DNA of 64,000 nt from Bdellovibrio sp. (GTDB lineage: Bacteria > Bdellovibrionota > Bdellovibrionia > Bdellovibrionales > Bdellovibrionaceae). The position numbers and the translations under genes were made by a program. The notes under the pieces were generated by a model that saw nothing but the letters and a program-made list of their open reading frames with translations, searched no databases and was not told the DNA's origin. Positions 58,201-64,000 of this stretch are shown here, in pieces. The stretch's first letter is position 1. The number at the start of each line of letters is the position of its first letter. The stretch spans positions 570 to 64,569 of the forward strand of contig JBJTMR010000061.1 of assembly GCA_046070625.1 (NCBI GenBank), written 5' to 3'.

Positions 58201-61200
58201 CTTGTACGAAAAAGTTCCCGAAAGATCCAAAGCATTCGGCTGATAACGAATATAACATTTGGAACTTTTAAAATAAGAACGATAGGCAGCCAATGGCAAA
58301 AACGCAGGAGCCCCATAACTACAACTATTGCAGGCAGAAGCATATGCCCCTGGCTCGCGACATAGTTTCAATCCCCCAGCTGGAGGAGTTCCCTGAGCCG
58401 CTAAAACAAATGAATACGAATCACGACGATCTTTCGGGTACCAGTATTCATGCTGCGTATAAAGAGGGTCAGGAATTGTTGATGCCACATCGGAAACTTC
58501 AATCAGCCCGTCGGTCAACTCCTGGCCTTCATAAGCATGAACCATCGTTTCGCTAATGATTTTTGAAGCGTTATTTAAACGCGCCAAGTTTAACGTTATG
58601 GACCGAGACGTCTCTCCAGGGACTAACGGTGCAGTATTCGGTATACCAAAATAATTTATCCGGCGTACCCAGACACCCGTCACCGAAGCTGTTCCCGCCG
58701 CAAAGTTCACATCATACAATGTTTCATACTGAGTACGTATACTTGTCGTGATCCTGGTTCCCTTTGGAAGAGTAAACGCAGGGGTCGCCGTTGGACGAGT
58801 GAAATTCACCATACCTTCAAGGTCGAAGGATGTCGGATTTGTTACTTTCAAGCCCGTGACACCGGCAGGTAAAGGATCCATAAAGGCATTGATCGTATTC
58901 ACCGCAGGTTTATCGCCGTCCAACGCTCGAATATTGTACTTACGTGACAGTATTGAAAAAGTCGGTTCCAGAGCTAAGGAAGTCACATTATAATTCGTCA
59001 AACCAATGACCGATTCGGACACAAAACTGAAGCCCGCTGGCTCCGCTGGTGCCGGCGCTGCCCAAGTAATCGTCAACGGTGTCGCTGCTGGAGTCACCGC
59101 AAATCTGCGCCACACAGGAATAGTCACCGAAGACGTATTGGCTGGAATGGTCACATCTGCAGGAACCTCAAATAAAACATCTGGTACAAACGGCGTACCA
59201 GAAAAAGAAGCCGTTTTAATTGTACAACCCGCTGGAATCGTTCCTATTGCAGTGGCCGGGGTACGCGTGAAGGTGACAGAGCCTTGGTCATCAATCGGCA
59301 GACTGTTCGTCACTGTATATGTTCCACCTGTTGTCGCACAGGTTCCCAGGACCGTCACTTTACCCGCGGGAACTACGGTATCCAACGCTACTACAGGGAT
59401 ATAAATCAAATAATCCTGGGGCAAAATCGTCACATCCATAGCCGTGGCAAATCGTTGATAAAAGCCTGCGGCCGCCGAAGTTAAGATAGTTCCCTTTTTT
59501 ATTGTCGTCGAAGCTGTGGGCCGAGGGAATGTCGTGGCTGTGCCGCGAGTGAATCGAACAGAGCCAGCTCCATTCCAAAAAATGCTGTTATAGGAACTCC
59601 GTATACACAAGGAGCCAGAATTCTTCCGAAAGGTGGGCTCATCTTGAGCAATATTCTGTTTCAGAACGAAGGGCTGCCCCGTCGCGCAGTCTCCAACCAA
59701 TTTAAGTACATCAAAGCTATTGTTGGCAGCGAAACCAAAGGCTTCGAGCCATAGCCCCCCTCCGTCTTTATCTGACGTTGAAACAGTTGAAGAGGCTTGG
59801 AATATATTGGGGTTCAGGCCCGCAACAATATTAGGCGTCGTTAAGCATGGTTTGGTATTTCGGTCTTGTGCGGAAAAATTCAAAGTTAGGGGCGTTGAAA
59901 AACCACCATGATTATCTTTAAGAGTGATAATAAAGGTTCCCGTCTTAGCCGTATGAGTAGGTTTCCAATCATAGGTTACACGCAAACGATCCGCAAGCTG
60001 CTCCTTGGAAACCAAGGTCATATTAGCATTCAGCGTTCCCCCAGTTGTATATGAAATCTCATCTGGTGGAGTCGGAGCAGGAGTGTCTAAGTTATCAGGA
60101 TCCTGGAAGTCCAAATAGAATCGATAAGGTGGAACACCGTCCGGAACTTCTAAAGCACAATAGTCATATTCATAGGGGTCATTATAAATGACCTTCACTC
60201 CACTAGTCGTCCCGCCCACAAGAATCGGAGCACGATTTGTATCAGCAACCAACACATTGAGAGTCAAAAGCCCAATCCCAAAGGACTCATCCATTAACTC
60301 CAAAGAAATACTGCCTGCTTTTTTAAAAGCATCGCCATTATTCGGCGTCCAACGAACTTCAACTTCATTGGCATCATTAATTGTCGCTGGCGCAAGCTGT
60401 CCATTAATACTCAGTTGACTCGAGTCGGTTATCTCCGCAATTTTTGCAGAAACTTTTCCACCATCAGGATCAGAATAGTGAATCTTACATACCCATTCCT
60501 TCGACTCTACAGCATTCAAGTCGCAGTTATGGGAAAATACCGGGATACGATTGACGTTATCCACGAAGACATCCCAACTAACTCGAGTAACCTTTCCGCC
60601 ATCAGACAGAATCACACTCATCTGATAGGGTGCAACCCGTCCTTGATCATAATTAGGAGTCCATTTAACAGTGCCATTTTCACTGTCGACCAACTGTCCC
60701 TCAAACATCCACGCATAAAATACTTGGTCACCATCCGGGTCTAACGCCAGAGCCTTCATTAGCAGATTCGAATTTTCATTCACTCGTTGATCCACCAGAG
60801 GCGTGGTTGCTCTATCGTCCAATGCTGGCGGGCGATTCTGAATTCCAAAGGGGTACGGAGCAGATAAAATATCTCCGTCAGAATTGAAGTTGAAATTAAC
60901 ATCAAACTTTTTAAGCAATGTTAAAAAGGCAACGTCATTTGATAGACCGTTACGTACGAAGCGATAAAGAAGATCTGGATTAAAATCTTCTTCAATGCCG
61001 AACATCGCCATTCGCTCTTTACGAAAAGCTGTGACCGCATTCGTAATTTCGCTCACTTCACTTTGGGTAAAAGTCGCAAGTGGTCGATTCCCGTAATTAG
61101 CTAATAGATTATATACCAGCGTAGAATCCAGAGTAACCGGAATAACAACATCTGAAAACACGATCGCATACCATGGAGTCGATCGATATTCCATAATCAG

Positions 61201-61491
61201 TTTGGCAACAGTCGCGCCAGAGGGATTAAGTCCTTTAGGCAAAATCCGACGCATTAAATTCGGCTTTTCATCGGTGGTTAAATCCAATAAATTTTTTGCT
61301 CTAATTTCTTCTTGCAGGAACTGCGCTAGATAAAGGGAATATCTACTGGTACTAACTTTATTAGCTTGGGTTAGTTCCAATTGAATCAAACCGCCAGCAG
61401 GAATGACGATTTCACTAGATGTGCCCTTATCTTCCAGGCAACCGGAAAATAAGAACACTGATATAATTAATGCCAATATCCTAATCAGCAT
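55225..61491 (-). CDS. Giant surface lipoprotein: Ig/cadherin-like repeats, baseplate-J-like repeats, C-terminal beta-propeller
   Basis: Lipobox LFSGC (Cys18); repeated NxxP domain starts (NRPP, NRIP, NRAP, NHPP, NQIP); IDSSTGVITWVP putative-Ig motif; three G.V.FTR...I..GT repeats; propeller blades at C-terminus. Confidence 0.85.
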   Translation of the reverse strand: MLIRILALIISVFLFSGCLEDKGTSSEIVIPAGGLIQLELTQANKVSTSRYSLYLAQFLQEEIRAKNLLDLTTDEKPNLMRRILPKGLNPSGATVAKLIMEYRSTPWYAIVFSDVVIPVTLDSTLVYNLLANYGNRPLATFTQSEVSEITNAVTAFRKERMAMFGIEEDFNPDLLYRFVRNGLSNDVAFLTLLKKFDVNFNFNSDGDILSAPYPFGIQNRPPALDDRATTPLVDQRVNENSNLLMKALALDPDGDQVFYAWMFEGQLVDSENGTVKWTPNYDQGRVAPYQMSVILSDGGKVTRVSWDVFVDNVNRIPVFSHNCDLNAVESKEWVCKIHYSDPDGGKVSAKIAEITDSSQLSINGQLAPATINDANEVEVRWTPNNGDAFKKAGSISLELMDESFGIGLLTLNVLVADTNRAPILVGGTTSGVKVIYNDPYEYDYCALEVPDGVPPYRFYLDFQDPDNLDTPAPTPPDEISYTTGGTLNANMTLVSKEQLADRLRVTYDWKPTHTAKTGTFIITLKDNHGGFSTPLTLNFSAQDRNTKPCLTTPNIVAGLNPNIFQASSTVSTSDKDGGGLWLEAFGFAANNSFDVLKLVGDCATGQPFVLKQNIAQDEPTFRKNSGSLCIRSSYNSIFWNGAGSVRFTRGTATTFPRPTASTTIKKGTILTSAAAGFYQRFATAMDVTILPQDYLIYIPVVALDTVVPAGKVTVLGTCATTGGTYTVTNSLPIDDQGSVTFTRTPATAIGTIPAGCTIKTASFSGTPFVPDVLFEVPADVTIPANTSSVTIPVWRRFAVTPAATPLTITWAAPAPAEPAGFSFVSESVIGLTNYNVTSLALEPTFSILSRKYNIRALDGDKPAVNTINAFMDPLPAGVTGLKVTNPTSFDLEGMVNFTRPTATPAFTLPKGTRITTSIRTQYETLYDVNFAAGTASVTGVWVRRINYFGIPNTAPLVPGETSRSITLNLARLNNASKIISETMVHAYEGQELTDGLIEVSDVASTIPDPLYTQHEYWYPKDRRDSYSFVLAAQGTPPAGGLKLCREPGAYASACNSCSYGAPAFLPLAAYRSYFKSSKCYIRYQPNALDLSGTFSYKLTTYENLNSGCQTGAVSRYCDSSAYFVNNTYYSALVYTTNLTLVVHEVNHPPVLTNSSFTALTGGTGASTATPVVLGDYAEGTSSFYNFYVTDSNKGEELKNDNFEIQPQVYDLKTSTWRDRPAGLTVSIDRVDPLTVTSGTKTTARLTWNPTDADSKQFSGAAGLIVKIKVFDAKSSPDVSTSIYGYYKVRLINKNQIPTIATMDTDNKVKVFADTYVKKEFFLYDKDAFVPMGGTFATTLTACRDGNGVALQHPTLDTGSADPFICHATTATFPVELTTYDPAYDRNKNLTQCYSSGVLNADLAIPKFSPAGAPEVINGVLRQKYQMEWCPQRGQIGVFSAEIDVNDNGDVDRDGVALPSAISGTPLLLTVVAPVYLVSPRVSIMNVPTHHMIQTAASMNEQPFRYDVIVNNSQEHSLEYSLLSSPRECGVANGVCIDSSTGVITWVPNYSLDITPAGSPGSLIRVQVKDTVTGDVDSAHFYLKVQSALSPFEKTPVIDSSVPSGNNILVAEKSSVVLSVNASDPNPDDVLFYRWYVNGKISSDESSSFTFKPSDMDGSLDPDGNGPKKAGEFTIRVEVTDGNYVVSRSWDVKVLNTFLLGDSVFDLTTSRIESSPSITPTNVNWMGEIAYGQLVGNDNLDHLIIAGNYMSGSFQKHFLWDLLMVNGNIGKPNGTLVNPPWNFTEDLPWLTGTSTRRIAINPVGTGYDMLMTSTSARSGPFGLTTEALHIMNGDLTSLALASNNKCAGDCPLQLYTSPYYSDSRITTSMDSTYVFYAADAGNVLYYDYLAPSNPKTVYNFGTMKISGMTLNRSINRLYVTAQQTSPTVLHKIFVFDVTAALSGGIPSLVTSLNVFDGVVGHEDSKPSDILYDSTNNRVYALLSGTGGVVTFPDSGSTTPTVGSMEFIGVNQLNGSPFDVPGAGKRLVIRSQDRLLIGTMEGANQVFTVDLTTNTVYVSAVQNPITSIASYPSGQILLVSRSKGKVYKAK

Positions 61492-61516
61492 AAAAATCCC
61501 CCAACTTACGTGCCGG

Positions 61517-64000
61517 CTAGTATAACAAGAAGTATGTGCCGATTTTTACCCCAACAAGAGGACTGTAGCCTCCATGGAACTCGGTTGGAACCATGATATC
61601 CATTGTTCCATCCCCATTCACATCCCCCGTCGATGTGTTTGCAAAGAAGTACCTTGGCGCGGTGGTATCATCAGCACGCTTAATAATGTAAGGCTTCACA
61701 TGACCTGAAGAATCCGCTACGACCACGGAATCCGGGTAATCTGCTGCATGCAGCCCCGTTACAGATCCAAAGAATGCAACACCACGACCAAAACTAGAAT
61801 TCCCCAGAATTGGATCATCCCAGTATGGGGCTCCTAAAATGACGTCATCAAAGCCATCCCCATTTAGGTCACCTTTTTTTGTTCGTCCCGTCATAACAGT
61901 ATAACCGTTATAATCTGAAGCTGCCGTATCCCAAACATAGAAAGGCATGGGGGCAGGTTTCGATATGCCCGTCGTTTTGATACACTCTGGCATTGGCGAT
62001 AAGTTAATACTTGGATCAGCAAACTGAAACTGTTTGTTCATATTTCCGTAAAGAGAACTAATCCACATATCGGTCGCATTATCGTTGCCACACAATGGGC
62101 CATAGTACATATAAGCCAATCCTGCGGTCGGCAACGAGGCCAATGGCGTTTCGGTAGGAGCCGTGACGATAAGGTCCTCATAGCCGTCGTTGTTCACATC
62201 GCCTGCAGAAGCTACGCGCCAGCCAAAATTTCTAGAATTGGTGTCCCTATTAATTGGCGGCATCAAAGACCGCACCTGACCTGTGCCATCCAAATTTAAA
62301 GAAACCGAATTGCGACGCTGAAAAGCATCATTAGAAAGGCACTCTCCCGGATTGTAACTGGCATCGTAGTAATCTCTTTGATTTCCGGCGATCAATCCAT
62401 TGTTACTGCCTTTAAATAAGAAAATACGACCGTAGGCATTTCTTTTACGCACTGGATTCATAGGATCACTAAGATCATCCACGTCATAATAACAAGGAGT
62501 ATCTTCCCAGCCTGGGGCGGCCACAACAAGATCATCGATACCGTCGTGATCGTAATCGACAATAGCTATTGAGCTGCCAAAATTATGATAGTTGCGGTCA
62601 TATCCATGATCTACATTCTCGATAAAGGGATCATAAAGAAACTGCATTTTACAGTTTTTATTCGTGATGCCTGCAGACCCTGGACACGCTTTGTTCGTCG
62701 CGCCGGCGGCCTCAGAATTATATGCATCAACCATGTATGCTGAAGTTCCGGCTGGCAATACCAACGTTGTCGGCACATCCGGCTCGTTATCGCTCACCGC
62801 ATATCCCTTCGCCTTAGGTGTTTGCACACCAGACGTCGACCCATAATAAATCCACACCCGTCCGGCTCCCCAAGCTGGAGTACCGGATGAGCATCCACCG
62901 TCGATGGCCCCCGGAGAGCACTGCCAGCCCCCGTTCGCAACCACAGGCCCTGCCACTGTTCCACCATCCGGTGAAGCGCCAGGATTAAACCCTGTGGTTT
63001 TATTCATGATAAAGAAGGCCGTCGCATCAGGGTTCGAAATCACAAGGTCCGAAAGACCATCGCCATTGAAATCTCCATGCACAATAATTTCCCTACGAGT
63101 ATTAAAATTATTCGTTGCCGAAGTTCCGGTGAGATTGGCCATCGACGACCAACGCTTAGAGATTATCTGTGGATCACCATACGCCGGTATCCACTGTGGA
63201 TTACTTACGGCCTGTAGTCCCCCACGAGATCCATAATAAACAACAATTTGACCTGACGTACTTAGCCAATCTATAAATGCGACATCTGCAAACCCATCCC
63301 CATTAATGTCGCCAGCATCAAAGGCACGCGACGCCCATTCTTGCGACAGGTTTGTGGGTTTTGAAATCAACTGCGGCAAAACGATATCGTCCACCGTCAC
63401 ACCCTGTGCGGGATTTGCCGACGGATAACAGTAACTGGTATTGCCTTGGCCAGTTTTAAAGATACGATTCATATTTTCTAAACAAAACGAAGTGCTAATC
63501 AAGCCAATCTTCGAACCATAAAACACAACAGCATCAGTGATATTTGAAGCACTCGTTGGGGAAGGCCAAGAAATTTTTGCGACAGCGTCGGTATAGCCAT
63601 CGCGATTAATATCACCGACCAAACGAATACTTTCATATCCCGATTTCTGGGAACCTGCCAGAGATTCATAAATTGAAAAAGACGGTACTGAGTTCACCGC
63701 AGATAATGCCTGTCCATGACTGTTAAAACCATAAACAGCACCACCACCATTCTTTGTGGTTTTATCTAAAAATGCTCCGACCGCAACGTCATTCAAAGGT
63801 TTTACCCCGGCGAAATCTCCGTCAAAATTTCCAGCAGCAACGGATCGTCCGAAGTAATCGCTTGGTTTTCCATATGTATTATAGAACTTCAAAAAGTTTG
63901 TAGTAAGACCTGCATTTGCCAAGCTTGTAAATGCGTACACTGCTCCGGCATTGGTTCCTTTAGTTGTGTCCCCTACAGCTCCAATAATAACGTCTTTTAA
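61517..64000 (-). CDS. FG-GAP/integrin-alpha-like beta-propeller protein; truncated by the right window edge
   Basis: Frame is open from 64000 (LKDVIIGAVGDTTKGTNAGAVYAF); seven DxNxDG-type Ca-binding loops and FG-GAP motifs (YFGRSVA, NFGSSIA, NFGWRVA, VVAAPG, ILGAP). Confidence 0.9.
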   Translation of the reverse strand, partial: LKDVIIGAVGDTTKGTNAGAVYAFTSLANAGLTTNFLKFYNTYGKPSDYFGRSVAAGNFDGDFAGVKPLNDVAVGAFLDKTTKNGGGAVYGFNSHGQALSAVNSVPSFSIYESLAGSQKSGYESIRLVGDINRDGYTDAVAKISWPSPTSASNITDAVVFYGSKIGLISTSFCLENMNRIFKTGQGNTSYCYPSANPAQGVTVDDIVLPQLISKPTNLSQEWASRAFDAGDINGDGFADVAFIDWLSTSGQIVVYYGSRGGLQAVSNPQWIPAYGDPQIISKRWSSMANLTGTSATNNFNTRREIIVHGDFNGDGLSDLVISNPDATAFFIMNKTTGFNPGASPDGGTVAGPVVANGGWQCSPGAIDGGCSSGTPAWGAGRVWIYYGSTSGVQTPKAKGYAVSDNEPDVPTTLVLPAGTSAYMVDAYNSEAAGATNKACPGSAGITNKNCKMQFLYDPFIENVDHGYDRNYHNFGSSIAIVDYDHDGIDDLVVAAPGWEDTPCYYDVDDLSDPMNPVRKRNAYGRIFLFKGSNNGLIAGNQRDYYDASYNPGECLSNDAFQRRNSVSLNLDGTGQVRSLMPPINRDTNSRNFGWRVASAGDVNNDGYEDLIVTAPTETPLASLPTAGLAYMYYGPLCGNDNATDMWISSLYGNMNKQFQFADPSINLSPMPECIKTTGISKPAPMPFYVWDTAASDYNGYTVMTGRTKKGDLNGDGFDDVILGAPYWDDPILGNSSFGRGVAFFGSVTGLHAADYPDSVVVADSSGHVKPYIIKRADDTTAPRYFFANTSTGDVNGDGTMDIMVPTEFHGGYSPLVGVKIGTYFLLY

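Noticed and set aside
58748-59484. Plus-strand ORFs antisense to the giant lipoprotein
   Set aside because: Shadows of Thr/Gly/Pro-rich coding sequence; no independent signals.
58660-59570. Prophage or contractile injection system remnant
   Set aside because: The baseplate-like segments are in-frame internal repeats of an intact lipoprotein; no sheath, tube, spike, terminase or integrase genes in the window.
1-64000. tRNA, rRNA, riboswitch or transposase genes
   Set aside because: Intergenic gaps are short and none showed cloverleaf/T-loop, rRNA or known riboswitch motifs; no DDE/HUH transposase ORF seen. A covariance-model scan was not possible.

Overview
A 64-kb chromosomal segment from a Bdellovibrionota-like predatory bacterium. 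The taxon is inferred from gene content: lipoprotein CE4 deacetylases, a TIGR02147-type regulator, a split Flp/Tad system and fibre-like adhesins. No rRNA, tRNA, CRISPR array, transposase or prophage was seen. Left half (1-37.5 kb): three paralogous lipoprotein polysaccharide deacetylases (one runs off the left edge and is absent from the ORF track) interleaved with a Wzy/PCP/SLBB polysaccharide-export module; a hybrid-kinase/Hpt/three-receiver phosphorelay with an HPF-like gene inside it; a secreted SLT-like enzyme behind a good sigma-28 promoter; a folD-Rieske-phytase-like-rlmI operon; Flp/Tad genes in two blocks; a secreted Gly/Met/YPG-repeat protein; aspS; a 139-bp long-hairpin element; and rpoH. 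Right half (39.4-64 kb) is the most striking part. An orphan MotA/MotB pair sits beside a single-pass protein that fuses a FliF ring domain (RBM3-like) to FliG middle/C-terminal domains, with no other flagellar genes in the window. Around them are a PEGA-TPR lipoprotein, four outer-membrane beta-barrel candidates and a long co-oriented run of surface proteins: a trimeric-fibre-like adhesin, an Ig lipoprotein, a VWA protein, a 2088-aa Ig/cadherin lipoprotein with three baseplate-J-like repeats, and an FG-GAP/integrin-alpha-like protein cut by the right edge. This looks like a candidate non-flagellar rotary motor coupled to an adhesin platform. All domain calls come from motif recognition by eye, not database searches.
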